A stretch of 64,000 nucleotides of DNA from Alphaproteobacteria bacterium (GCA_017961285.1 JAGCXO010000018.1:874-64873); one strand, 5' to 3'. Counted from the stretch's first letter, positions 40,286 through 49,685 are shown. Numbers and translations are program-made. Notes: generated by a model not told the origin, from the letters alone.

Positions 40286-40508
40286 CCCCTATAAAAAATT
40301 CATTAAACTGATTATTACTAAAAGAAAATATCTAAGATATAGAAAAGCGCATACATCCCCTAAGGGATAATAATGAAAATGGGATTTATTCTAAAATGTA
40401 ACATCGATTCGCTTTCCTTTTTTTCAAAAAACTGATAGAAAACTAACCCACTTTAACCATCAAGTCAAGTTTTTATACAAAATTTTTACCCATAGCTACG
40501 AATCTTAA

Positions 40509-40537
40509 TTGACAACAGTCGCATTTTATGCTACATT
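40509..40537 (+). promoter_or_regulatory. Sigma70-like promoter for the small-gene operon
   Basis: TTGACA, a 17-nt spacer, then TACATT. Lies about 30 nt upstream of the ggagg SD at 40558. Confidence 0.5.
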
Positions 40538-40569
40538 TTGTCTATAAACACAAAAAAAGGAGGTTCTCC

Positions 40570-40866
40570 ATGACTTTTACAGTTACACAAACAAGAAGCA
40601 ACTACGGCGCAAATGTGCTTGCCGCTGTTGCAAAATATGTACCGGGAGCCACAAAAAAAGTAGTACATTGCGGCTTTGAAGCTGCTAAACTTCCTCTTAA
40701 AGGAGCCAAAGAATTGGCTGCAGAGTTTACAACAAACGTCAGCACTCCTGTAGGTGATATGCTTATGGATTGGACACAAACCGCCAGCGAAAAAGGTACT
40801 GAAAAAGCCACAAGATGGACAATCTCTGCCGCTGATTATGTAGCTCACAAAATATCCGGAAGATAA
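40570..40866 (+). CDS. Hypothetical 98-aa protein (first gene of a three-gene small operon)
   Basis: ATG 7 nt after AAAGGAGG. Ala/Lys/Thr-rich with predicted helical character. No motif recognised. Confidence 0.45.
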   Translation: MTFTVTQTRSNYGANVLAAVAKYVPGATKKVVHCGFEAAKLPLKGAKELAAEFTTNVSTPVGDMLMDWTQTASEKGTEKATRWTISAADYVAHKISGR

Positions 40867-40870
40867 TATA

Positions 40871-41014
40871 ATGGATAAAGGTTCAAATATTGCACTAAGA
40901 CTTGCTGAATTGGGAATAGCTTGTTTTGCCCTTGTTGTCGCTTGCGGTGCGCTTGCTCACGCTGTTCCGGCAACCATTAACGCTGTTGTTCATCCTAACG
41001 TTGGACGTTTATAA
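40871..41014 (+). CDS. Hypothetical 47-aa single-pass membrane peptide (not in the ORF track)
   Basis: MDKGSNIALRLAELGIACFALVVACGALAHAVPATINAVVHPNVGRL. Starts 4 nt after the previous stop and ends 3 nt before the next ATG. Confidence 0.35.
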   Translation: MDKGSNIALRLAELGIACFALVVACGALAHAVPATINAVVHPNVGRL

Positions 41015-41017
41015 ATT

Positions 41018-41311
41018 ATGCAACACGCCCGTTCATACCAAGTAATCATTTCAGCTGACGATAAGATTGTTTTTCTTATCAAACCTCAAGAAGGCAAAAT
41101 TCAAAATCCGTATATTGTATATGACGACAAGAGCAACCATGCTTTTTTGTATCGTCATCCGCGTCATGTTTTATTGCTTGATTACCTTGATTCCGAAGTC
41201 ATTCCCTATCTTCAAAAAGCCAATGAAGCCGTAGTTATTGAGGCAGATAAGGAAAAAGACAAAGTTATTTGTGATTATAGAGTCAAAATCAAACACGAAA
41301 AATACAGCTAA
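41018..41311 (+). CDS. Hypothetical 97-aa protein, paralogous to the ORF at 44190-44615
   Basis: Shares by eye ..G..xNP-hhhaD-K..A-L-R.....h.LD.hDxE....L..A...hhhE....V...Y.V.h with the 141-aa ORF. Confidence 0.5.
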   Translation: MQHARSYQVIISADDKIVFLIKPQEGKIQNPYIVYDDKSNHAFLYRHPRHVLLLDYLDSEVIPYLQKANEAVVIEADKEKDKVICDYRVKIKHEKYS

Positions 41312-42429
41312 GGCTTCTGAAAAAACTCTCCGCAAATACACGGTTCCGCCACCCCTGTCGTAAAAGGAAAACTAAGCGGCATTTGGTTCAGCCTGCGCAC
41401 AGCCCAAAAAGCGGCTGCCTGAGCATCTACAGCATCAACATTTATCCCTTTTTCCGCCACAGATTTAATCTCCACATTTTCGATTCTTTGTCTTAAAAAC
41501 CTCATCAAAGTAGGATTTTTTGCACCACCGCCGCAAACCAAGATTTCGAGTGGTTTTTCCGGCAAAAATTTTTTCATTGCTTGTGCAGTCGATTCCGCCA
41601 CAAAAGCCGTTGCTGTCGCAGCTCCGTCTTCCAAACTCAAGCCCTCTAAGTGCTCCATTTTTTCATTAAATAAATTTCTGTCACAAGCTTTCGGCGGCAT
41701 CATCGACAAATATTTATGTTGCATCAATTTCTCTAAAATTTGCTCATTAACTTTGCCCAAAATCGCCAACCGTCCGTTATAATCAATCTGCATCGCTCCG
41801 TGTTTTGAAACCCAATTATTTATCACCGCATTTCCCGGACCGCAAACAAAAGCTATCATCTCACCATTACTGCCAAACCAGGATATATCGGTTGTTCCAC
41901 CGATATCAATCACTGCGTGAGGTCTGGCTTCTTTTGTAGTTAATGCCTCATAATATATCGGAGAAAAGGGAGCACCTTGCCCTCCGTTTAGAATATCCGC
42001 CTTTCTGAAATTGCTTACAGTATCAATTCCGAGAAGCTGAGCCAACAACTTTCCGTCACCGATTTGGTGTGTATATTTTTCCATCGGCCTATGACAAATT
42101 GTATGTCCGGCAAAACCAATTACATCCACATGTATATTATTATCTTCCAAAAAATCTTTTGCCGATTTGGCACAAAACTCCGTAAACTCAATTTCTGTTT
42201 TTCTGATCAAATTGGCATAATCAGGAGAATCATCCGCACAATGCCCGTCAATTTTTACAATTTTTTCTAACAAATCTTCATCAAAAGGCACTGTATAAGC
42301 ACTGCCGAAAGATTTAATATCCACCCCATCAGTTTCCAACTGCGCCAAACCCACTCCTTCGTATGAAGTAGAACTCATAATACCCAAAGCTGAAAAGTTT
42401 TTTATATTATACATATACCAATTCTCCAA
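41308..42429 (-). CDS. anmK: Anhydro-N-acetylmuramic acid kinase
   Basis: 373 aa. GIMSSTSYEGV, NGGQGAPFSP, DIGGTTDIS, VCGGGAKNP. Confidence 0.85.
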   Translation of the reverse strand: MENWYMYNIKNFSALGIMSSTSYEGVGLAQLETDGVDIKSFGSAYTVPFDEDLLEKIVKIDGHCADDSPDYANLIRKTEIEFTEFCAKSAKDFLEDNNIHVDVIGFAGHTICHRPMEKYTHQIGDGKLLAQLLGIDTVSNFRKADILNGGQGAPFSPIYYEALTTKEARPHAVIDIGGTTDISWFGSNGEMIAFVCGPGNAVINNWVSKHGAMQIDYNGRLAILGKVNEQILEKLMQHKYLSMMPPKACDRNLFNEKMEHLEGLSLEDGAATATAFVAESTAQAMKKFLPEKPLEILVCGGGAKNPTLMRFLRQRIENVEIKSVAEKGINVDAVDAQAAAFWAVRRLNQMPLSFPFTTGVAEPCICGEFFQKP

Positions 42430-42537
42430 ACAATGCTTAATGTTTATAACAACAATCTTAAAATTGTATTACTCTCTTGCACTTAACAAATTATTTGCTA
42501 TTATATAGCGAAAAACAAAAACTTAAGGATAGGAAAA

Positions 42538-43797
42538 ATGAGTAACTTTAAATCACAATTTTTAAATATAATGGTCGAACGCGGCTTCTACAATCAATGC
42601 ACCAACGAAAATGGTTTTGACCAATATTTATACGAATGTGAACAAAAAGGAACTCCCGCTGTCGGCTATCTTGGTTCTGACCCGACAGGCGACAGTTTGC
42701 ATGTCGGTCACATTGTCCCGCTAATGATGTTACGCTGGTTTCAAAAATGCGGACACAAACCAATCACTTTGGTTGGCGGAGCTACCGCACGCATCGGCGA
42801 CCCTTCCGGCAAAGATAAACTTCGCCCGTTTTTGGATGAAGAAACACTCAAAAATAATATTGTCGGACTAAAGAAATCCTTTTCCAAATTTCTAAAATTC
42901 GGCAGCGGCGCAACCGATGCCGTCATGGTTGACAACTGGGATTGGTTCAAAGACATCAACTATCTTGCATTCTTGCGCGACATCGGAACTTGCTATTCCG
43001 TCAACCGTATGTTGACTATGGATAGTGTAAAATCACGTCTTGATCGCGAACAACCCATGTCATTTTTAGAATTTAACTATATGCTGTTGCAAGGATATGA
43101 CTTTTGCGAATTATACCAAAAATACAATTGCCGCGCCCAAATTGCCGGCTCTGATCAATGGGGAAATATCACTTCCGGAACCGAACTCGGTCGCCGCAAA
43201 TATGACGTTGAACTTTTTGGTTTTACCAGCCCGATCATCACCGATTCTTCCGGCAAAAAAATGGGGAAATCCGAAGGCAATGCCGTATGGATTAACGACG
43301 AAAAACTTTCCAGTTACGACTATTTTCAATATTTTCGTAACATTGACGATTCCGAAGTCGGTAAATGCCTGCGTATATATACCGATTTACCGATTGATGA
43401 AATCAAGCGTTTGGAAGTTTTACAAGACAAAGAATTAAACGAAGCCAAAAAGATTTTGGCTTATGAGGCCACAAAAATTTGCCGCGGAGAACAAGAGGCT
43501 GCCAATGCTCGTGAAACTGCAATCAAAACCTTTGAACAAGGACAACTCGGCTCCGATTTGCCGTTTATCAACAAACAATCACTTGACAATTTCAGCATTT
43601 TAGATGCTGTTGTCGAGATTGGTTGGTGTGCAAGCAAAGGCGAAGTTCGCAGGCTCATCAAGCAAGGCGGAATCAAAGTAAACGACCAAACAATCACCGA
43701 CGAAAATTATCATTTTTCATCAACTGATGTTCATGATAACCAAATCAAAATAGCTCAGGGGAAAAAGAAATTCGGGCTGATAAAAATATCTGCCTAG
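42538..43797 (+). CDS. tyrS: Tyrosine--tRNA ligase
   Basis: 419 aa. HIGH variant SLHVGHIV, KMSKS as KKMGKS, and a C-terminal S4 domain. Confidence 0.95.
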   Translation: MSNFKSQFLNIMVERGFYNQCTNENGFDQYLYECEQKGTPAVGYLGSDPTGDSLHVGHIVPLMMLRWFQKCGHKPITLVGGATARIGDPSGKDKLRPFLDEETLKNNIVGLKKSFSKFLKFGSGATDAVMVDNWDWFKDINYLAFLRDIGTCYSVNRMLTMDSVKSRLDREQPMSFLEFNYMLLQGYDFCELYQKYNCRAQIAGSDQWGNITSGTELGRRKYDVELFGFTSPIITDSSGKKMGKSEGNAVWINDEKLSSYDYFQYFRNIDDSEVGKCLRIYTDLPIDEIKRLEVLQDKELNEAKKILAYEATKICRGEQEAANARETAIKTFEQGQLGSDLPFINKQSLDNFSILDAVVEIGWCASKGEVRRLIKQGGIKVNDQTITDENYHFSSTDVHDNQIKIAQGKKKFGLIKISA

Positions 43798-43891
43798 CTT
43801 TTCCGAAGCATAAAAAAGCTATTGACAAGGACGTTAAAAAGGCTATATTAACGCCAACAATGTGATTAACCTTAGATTAAAGAGAACAAAA

Positions 43892-44059
43892 ATGGCAAAA
43901 GCAGTAAAGATAAAAGTAAAATTGGAAAGCACCGCCGGAACGGGAACATTTTACCTTGCGGAAAAAAATCCCAGAACTCATCCGGAAAAACTTACCTTGA
44001 AAAAATATGATAAAAAGAGCAAAAAGCACGAAGAATTTGTAGAAAAGAAAATGAAGTAA
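43892..44059 (+). CDS. rpmG: 50S ribosomal protein L33
   Basis: 55 aa from MAKAVKIKVKLESTAGTGTFY..KNPR..PEKL.LKKYD. Confidence 0.9.
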   Translation: MAKAVKIKVKLESTAGTGTFYLAEKNPRTHPEKLTLKKYDKKSKKHEEFVEKKMK

Positions 44060-44077
44060 TGCTCTCAGCTTCTTTAC

Positions 44078-44105
44078 GCCGGCATTTCAGCCGGCATTTT
44101 TTTTG
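44078..44105 (+). terminator. Rho-independent terminator after rpmG
   Basis: gccggc-atttca-gccggc followed by a T8 run. Confidence 0.75.
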
Positions 44106-44189
44106 CACCATAAACTTGCTTACACTCATTGACAGCTTGCAGTTAATATATTATCATCAACATAGTAAAATTTTATAGGATTTCAAAAA

Positions 44190-44615
44190 ATGGAAACACA
44201 ATATTATACAGTTGTTGAAAAACAAGACTTTTTCGAAATTATAGAAAATAAATATGGCGAATTGGCAATATTTATTGACGCTCGCGACGGCTCCCCAAAA
44301 AATCCTGTTCTATTGTTTGACGGCAAAAAAACAGCCCTCTTAAAACGTGATGACAGAATTGCCGTTCGCCTTGACAACATTGACGAAGAGACAAAGGCCC
44401 CTCTTGCCGAGGCAGAATTTGTTATGATCGTTGAACTTCAGGGCAAAATGGTTGAGCGCGTATATGCCGTTGAAGTTGATAATGTTGAAGAAATTGCCAT
44501 CAAAGGCAAACAAACTCGCGCTGATGAGCTTATTATGTCAAAGAACAAAGAAGATATCATCAAAAACTTTGGCGCAGTTCATTCTTGGATTGGCGGTTCC
44601 ACAAAAAAGAAATAA
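44190..44615 (+). CDS. Hypothetical 141-aa protein, paralog of the ORF at 41018-41311
   Basis: Own TTGACA/TATCAT-like promoter upstream. Aligns by eye with the 97-aa ORF and has an extra Lys-rich C-terminal tail. Confidence 0.5.
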   Translation: METQYYTVVEKQDFFEIIENKYGELAIFIDARDGSPKNPVLLFDGKKTALLKRDDRIAVRLDNIDEETKAPLAEAEFVMIVELQGKMVERVYAVEVDNVEEIAIKGKQTRADELIMSKNKEDIIKNFGAVHSWIGGSTKKK

Positions 44616-44623
44616 GGAAAAAA

Positions 44624-45022
44624 ATGTTAGGTTTGGTTTTAGTTACACATGGCAATTTAGCCAAAGAATTTGTGTCAGCAATGCAGCACGTTGCCGGCAA
44701 ACAAGAACAAATTGATACTGTTTGCATCGGTCCCGATGACAACATGGAATCCCGCAGAGAAGAAATTTTGCAAAAGGTAGAACAAGTAAACACCGGTGAA
44801 GGAACTATTGTCCTGACCGACTTGTTCGGAGGCACGCCGTCCAATTTGGCAATTTCGATAATGGATAAAGCAAAAGTTGAAATTTTAGCCGGCGTAAATT
44901 TGCCTATGCTGATAAAAATTGCAACTCTTCGCAAAAACAAATCTTTAAAAGAAACTGTTTTAGGCGCACAAGAAGCCGGCAAAAAATATATCAACATAGC
45001 TTCGCAACTTCTCGGTTCATAA
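44624..45022 (+). CDS. PTS EIIA component, mannose/fructose family (PTS-Ntr-type ManX-like)
   Basis: Start at MLGLVLVTHGNLA (phospho-His context) after an aaggaaa SD. 132 aa. Confidence 0.8.
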   Translation: MLGLVLVTHGNLAKEFVSAMQHVAGKQEQIDTVCIGPDDNMESRREEILQKVEQVNTGEGTIVLTDLFGGTPSNLAISIMDKAKVEILAGVNLPMLIKIATLRKNKSLKETVLGAQEAGKKYINIASQLLGS

Positions 45023-45026
45023 AGAA

Positions 45027-45296
45027 ATGTCAATAACTAAAGAACTTGAAATAAAAAATATAAAAGGAGTCCATGCGCGTGCCGCCGCCGCTTTTGTAAA
45101 ATTGGCGGAGACATTTTCATCAAAAATAGAAGTAGAGCGCATCGGTATGGTTGTCAGCGGCCTTTCGATAATGGGGTTGATGATGCTTTCTGCTTCAAAA
45201 GGAACAACCATAAAAGTAACCGCCTCCGGTTCCGATGAAAAAAAAGCTATGCAAGAAATCACCAAATTGATAGATAGCAAATTCGGCGAAGAATAG
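45027..45296 (+). CDS. ptsH: Phosphocarrier protein HPr/NPr
   Basis: 89 aa. NIKGVHARAAAAFV (His-15 context) and GLSIMGLMML (Ser-46 region). Confidence 0.85.
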   Translation: MSITKELEIKNIKGVHARAAAAFVKLAETFSSKIEVERIGMVVSGLSIMGLMMLSASKGTTIKVTASGSDEKKAMQEITKLIDSKFGEE

Positions 45297-45332
45297 TAAT
45301 ATCGTTTATACACTCTTGCAAAAAAACTTTTC

Positions 45333-45370
45333 GAACCTAAATCAAATATTGACTTTAGGTTCATTTTTTT
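45333..45370 (+). terminator. Hairpin plus T-run after ptsH
   Basis: gaacctaaa, a 12-nt loop, tttaggttc, then a T7 run. It ends directly at the SD of the micro-ORF. Confidence 0.55.
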
Positions 45371-45382
45371 AAGGAGTTTATT

Positions 45383-45496
45383 ATGATTTTTTATAACACA
45401 AAAAACAAACCGACGAAAGAAAACGAAACCACGCATAGCGGCTGTGGCTGCGGCGGCTGCGGTTGTGGCGGAAACAAAGGTTCCGAGCATAAATAA
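45383..45496 (+). CDS. 37-codon Cys/Gly-rich micro-ORF (not in the ORF track)
   Basis: AAGGAG 6 nt upstream of the ATG. Translation is MIFYNTKNKPTKENETTHSGCGCGGCGCGGNKGSEHK. A locally GC-rich patch sits in AT-rich intergenic DNA. Followed by a strong terminator. Confidence 0.4.
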   Translation: MIFYNTKNKPTKENETTHSGCGCGGCGCGGNKGSEHK

Positions 45497-45502
45497 AACA
45501 AA

Positions 45503-45526
45503 AGCCCGATAAAATTCGGGCTTTTT
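45503..45526. terminator. Bidirectional terminator between the micro-ORF and recF
   Basis: agcccga-taaaat-tcgggct with T-runs on both strands. Abuts the recF stop. Confidence 0.7.
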
Positions 45527-46742
45527 ACTTTTCTAATAAAGAATTATTTTTTAACTCAAAAAATTGAGCCTTATTTTTCAAACTTCCAAACAATTCGGGA
45601 TTCGTAGAAGTAATCCAAGCCTGCAAACCTAAATCCGTAATTTTCGACAACAATGCCTCTCTTTTAATATCATCCAAATGCGCTGCCACTTCATCCAACA
45701 AAAGGACCGGAGAAAAATCCTGATACAAAATCTGGCACTTGGTTTGCGCCAATATAATGCTGATCAACAAAGATTTTTGCTCACCGGTCGAACACAATTC
45801 AGCCGGCATATTCTTCTTTTTATAAAACACCTTAAAATCGGCACGATTAACTCCGTCAACATTTTCATTACACAAAACTTTGTTGCGCTCAGATGCCAAC
45901 TTTTGCATATAAAAATCCTCAACATCCACCGCAGGCAGTGTTGCCAACATTTTCTCGATTGTCCCGTCAAGCTGCAACTCAACATCAGGAAAAACATCAT
46001 CCGGCTCATTTTCAATAAAAGCATTAAGCCTGGCAATTTGCTCTCTTCTGGCCGCCGCAATGGCAACCCCCATAGCCGCCATATTTTCTTCGATTCCCTC
46101 AAGCCACAACTTGTCAACTTTGCCGTTGGAGTTTCTTATCAGCTGATACCATTGTTTATACAAACCCTCAAAAACCGCCGTTCTTTTGGCATGATCATTA
46201 TCAAAAGTATAAACCAACCTATCCAAAAAACTTCTTCTTGGCTGAGAGCCACCCCTAAACAATCTATCCATCTGCGGAGTTAACCAAATTGCTGAAAAAT
46301 AATTTCCCAGCTCCGCTTGAACAGAACTTCTTTGCCCGTCAATTTTTACGATTCGCTTATTATAAATTCCTGATTCGTCATTATCCTCTTTCAAAAAATT
46401 TTCAACTGCTGTTCCGATCTCAAATTCTTCTCCATTTTTGCTTATCATTGCCGAAACAGCCCACGAAGCATTTGAAGGAATATAATCATCACCAACAATC
46501 GCCGGTGAAATTCTCCTTATATCAGAAAGCCTTGCTCCACGCAAACCTCTACCCGGAGTCAAAAAAGAAATGGCTTCCAAAATATTTGTTTTTCCGCTAC
46601 CGTTATCACCGGTAATAACGATAGGACAAAGCTCTGATGAAATTCTCAATGATGCATAATTTCTATAATCAGTTAAAGTCAGGCGCTTCACACCTGACTT
46701 TTTCTGAGTAAGAAAATCTATATCTTGAGCCAAATTATTCAA
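45525..46742 (-). CDS. recF: DNA replication and repair protein RecF
   Basis: 405 aa. Walker A GDNGSGKTNILEAI, signature CSTGEQKSL, Walker B LLLDEV. Confidence 0.9.
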   Translation of the reverse strand: MNNLAQDIDFLTQKKSGVKRLTLTDYRNYASLRISSELCPIVITGDNGSGKTNILEAISFLTPGRGLRGARLSDIRRISPAIVGDDYIPSNASWAVSAMISKNGEEFEIGTAVENFLKEDNDESGIYNKRIVKIDGQRSSVQAELGNYFSAIWLTPQMDRLFRGGSQPRRSFLDRLVYTFDNDHAKRTAVFEGLYKQWYQLIRNSNGKVDKLWLEGIEENMAAMGVAIAAARREQIARLNAFIENEPDDVFPDVELQLDGTIEKMLATLPAVDVEDFYMQKLASERNKVLCNENVDGVNRADFKVFYKKKNMPAELCSTGEQKSLLISIILAQTKCQILYQDFSPVLLLDEVAAHLDDIKREALLSKITDLGLQAWITSTNPELFGSLKNKAQFFELKNNSLLEK

Positions 46743-46743
46743 C

Positions 46744-47862
46744 TTATACTCTCATCGGCATCAGCACATAAATTGCACTTGTATCCGAAATATCATGAAT
46801 AACCGAAGGAGAAGAAACATCAGAAAAACCAAACTGTGCATTCTCACCCTTAATCTCTGTCAAAATATCCAATAAATAGCGGAAATTATAACCGATTTCC
46901 AAAGATTCGCTGTCATATTTTGCATCAACTTCTTCCAAAGCCGACCCCAAATCAGGACTTGTAGTAGTGATAATAACCTTACCTTTCTCTACAATCATCT
47001 TAACCGCTCGTGTTCTTTCTGCAACAACTGACACGCGGTCAACAGCATTTGCCAAACCTTTTACGGAAACTTCCAATAACTTATCTGTATCCGTCGGAAT
47101 AACCCTTTCATAATCCGGATAGGTTCCATCAATCAATTTTGATGTCAAAATCACTTCTTCCAAAACAAAACGAACTTTATTATCCGAAACCGAAATTTCA
47201 ATATTTTCAGCCTTAGTATCATCAAGAAGCTTTCTGACCTCAGCCACAGTTTTTCTAGGAATAATAATTCCCGAAACTTTCTCAGCACCTTCAGCCAACG
47301 GAGTCTCTACACAAGCAAGTCTGTGTCCATCCGTTGCCACAACACGCAAAACCTTGGTTGTTCCCTCATTTTTTGCATGCAAATAAATACCATTCAGATT
47401 ATACCTTGTCTCTTCGGTAGAAACAGCAAATTGTGTCCTATCAATAATATCTTTCAATTCCTCACGTGCAATATTGAAAACTATCGGCAATTTTTCACCG
47501 GAAATAACCGGAAAATCTTCAACCCCAATCGTCGATAATGCAAACTTTGAACGACCGGAAGCAATACTCAGTTGACCTTTTTCATCAGGAAAAACTATCT
47601 CAACTTCAGCACCGTCAGAAAGCTTGCGCACAATATCATACATCATATGTGCAGGAGCAGTCGTAGCACCGGTCTCCGCAATTTTTGCATCAACAATTTC
47701 CGTAATTTCGGTATCCATATCCGTAGCCTTAAAGCTGATACCGTCCCCCATAGCCTCGATTCTGACATTCGACAAAACAGGAATGGTATTGCGCTTTTCA
47801 ACAATACTCTGAATATGACTTAAAGTTTTTAACAAAACCGCACGTTCAATAACAAATTTCAT
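46744..47862 (-). CDS. dnaN: DNA polymerase III beta sliding clamp
   Basis: 372 aa starting MKFVIERAVLLK, with a three-domain clamp pattern, in dnaA-dnaN-recF order. Confidence 0.95.
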   Translation of the reverse strand: MKFVIERAVLLKTLSHIQSIVEKRNTIPVLSNVRIEAMGDGISFKATDMDTEITEIVDAKIAETGATTAPAHMMYDIVRKLSDGAEVEIVFPDEKGQLSIASGRSKFALSTIGVEDFPVISGEKLPIVFNIAREELKDIIDRTQFAVSTEETRYNLNGIYLHAKNEGTTKVLRVVATDGHRLACVETPLAEGAEKVSGIIIPRKTVAEVRKLLDDTKAENIEISVSDNKVRFVLEEVILTSKLIDGTYPDYERVIPTDTDKLLEVSVKGLANAVDRVSVVAERTRAVKMIVEKGKVIITTTSPDLGSALEEVDAKYDSESLEIGYNFRYLLDILTEIKGENAQFGFSDVSSPSVIHDISDTSAIYVLMPMRV

Positions 47863-48005
47863 AACACTATTCCAAACAAATATTAAACATAAAAAATTCT
47901 ATAGCGATAATATCATAATATGCATATTTCGAAACATTAAAAAAGAATCTTCAACAGTTTTTTAAAACATAAAAGCCGGATTTTACTCCGGCCTTCATTT
48001 CGCTT

Positions 48006-49463
48006 TTATGCCTCCAATGCTCGACGTAACTGATCAACACTTTCTGCAACATTTTGATCTTTTTTAATTAGTTCCTCAATCTTTCTGACTGCATGCATAA
48101 CTGTTGTGTGATCACGATCAAACTTACGACCTATTTCCGGCAAAGAGCGCAAGGTCAACAATTTTGCCAAATACATTGCAATTTGTCTTGGTCTGGCAAC
48201 CGTTCTAGCCCTGCGTGAAGATTGCATCTCTTTAACCGAAATATTAAAGTATTCCGCAACTTTCTTTTGAATTTCATCAATAGTCGTGCGTCTGTCATAA
48301 GAACGGAGCATATCCTTCAAAACATCTTGCGTATTTTCAATCGTAATTTCTTTGCCCGGCAAAAGCTGCGCATGAGCAACTATTCTGCGCAAAGCTCCTT
48401 CAAGTTCACGAATATTGGTGGTAATCTTTTGAGCCAAAAACTCGGCAACCTTTTGCGGCAATTCACAATTTAATTGCTTGGCTTTTGATTGCAAAATACC
48501 GATACGTAAATCAAAATCTGTCGGATGAATATCGGCAACCAAACCACATCCCAATCTTGAACGCAATCTGTTCTCAATTCCCTCCAAATCAGACGGAGAT
48601 TTATCAGCAGAAATAATTATCTGTCTTCCCTCTTCAATAAGAGAATTAAATGTATAGAAAAATTCTTCCTGAGTAGTATCTTTGCCGCCCATAAATTGAA
48701 CATCATCAACCATCAAAACATCAACCGAACGGAATTGTTCTTTGAATGCAGCTGTATCTTTATATCTTAAAGCACGAACAAATTTATACATAAACTTTTC
48801 TGCTGACAAATAAACAATATTCTTTTCCGGATTTCTCTGTTTGATATGCCAAGCAATAGCGTGCATTAAGTGAGTTTTTCCAAGTCCGACACCAGAATAT
48901 AAAAACAACGGATTAAAAGGAACATCATCGGATTCGGCCACTTTGCGTGCCGCCGCATAAGCAAACTCATTCGTCTTGCCGACTACAAAATTCTCAAAAG
49001 TATATTGCGGATTCAAAGGAACTGAAAGTGATTGATTGCTGTCCGAAACCATTGCGCTGCTGTCAACCGGCAAATTTGAAACACCGGACATATATATATT
49101 TTGCGGAGCCGGACTGTTAGAAATCTTTTTTAATAACGAACGGCAAGTAGTGCTGTGAATACCATGAATAATTTCTTCATCTGCAGCCTGAACAATAAAG
49201 TTAATACTCTTAATGCTCGGATTCTTCTTCTCCCAAATTTTATGTATTCTATCCGAATAATTTGTAATTACCCAATTGCGCATAAAACGCGTCGGCACAC
49301 ATATATTCATAACTCCACTGGAAAAAGAACTTATACTCAAAGGTTTTAACCAACTGTCAAAAGCCTTTTCGCCAACCTCTTGTCTTAACTGTGAACAAAT
49401 TTGTCCCCATTCATTTTGGACTTCATCGTAATTATTCTGTATTGCTTCACCAGCCATCGTCAT
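48006..49463 (-). CDS. dnaA: Chromosomal replication initiator DnaA
   Basis: 485 aa. Walker A GVGLGKTHLMHA, VDDVQF, and a C-terminal DNA-binding helix DHTTVMHA. Confidence 0.95.
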   Translation of the reverse strand: MTMAGEAIQNNYDEVQNEWGQICSQLRQEVGEKAFDSWLKPLSISSFSSGVMNICVPTRFMRNWVITNYSDRIHKIWEKKNPSIKSINFIVQAADEEIIHGIHSTTCRSLLKKISNSPAPQNIYMSGVSNLPVDSSAMVSDSNQSLSVPLNPQYTFENFVVGKTNEFAYAAARKVAESDDVPFNPLFLYSGVGLGKTHLMHAIAWHIKQRNPEKNIVYLSAEKFMYKFVRALRYKDTAAFKEQFRSVDVLMVDDVQFMGGKDTTQEEFFYTFNSLIEEGRQIIISADKSPSDLEGIENRLRSRLGCGLVADIHPTDFDLRIGILQSKAKQLNCELPQKVAEFLAQKITTNIRELEGALRRIVAHAQLLPGKEITIENTQDVLKDMLRSYDRRTTIDEIQKKVAEYFNISVKEMQSSRRARTVARPRQIAMYLAKLLTLRSLPEIGRKFDRDHTTVMHAVRKIEELIKKDQNVAESVDQLRRALEA

Positions 49464-49649
49464 ATTCCTTATAAAGTCATTAAACCAAAAAATAATTCAA
49501 TTAAATTGATAAACCAAATCAAATTGATGAAATGGATAATAAATGTTAAAAAATAAAAAACAACAGAACATTTGCAGAACATTGCAATTAATTTTCTTGA
49601 CATAAGCTTTTTGCTGAGTCGCTCAGATTCGCTTATTTATCGCCCAAAA

Positions 49650-49685
49650 AAGACAAAAAAAGCCATTCTTGTCCCATGACAAGAA
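49650..49685 (-). terminator. Rho-independent terminator after rpsT
   Basis: ttcttgtc-ccat-gacaagaa, with a T-run on the minus strand. Confidence 0.65.

Noticed and set aside
45017-45490. A 157-aa minus-strand ORF starting MLGTFVSATTAAAAATAAM.
   Set aside because: It is antisense to ptsH and to the Cys/Gly micro-ORF, and its poly-Ala is the mirror of the GGC/TGC codons. It has no SD and crosses two terminators.
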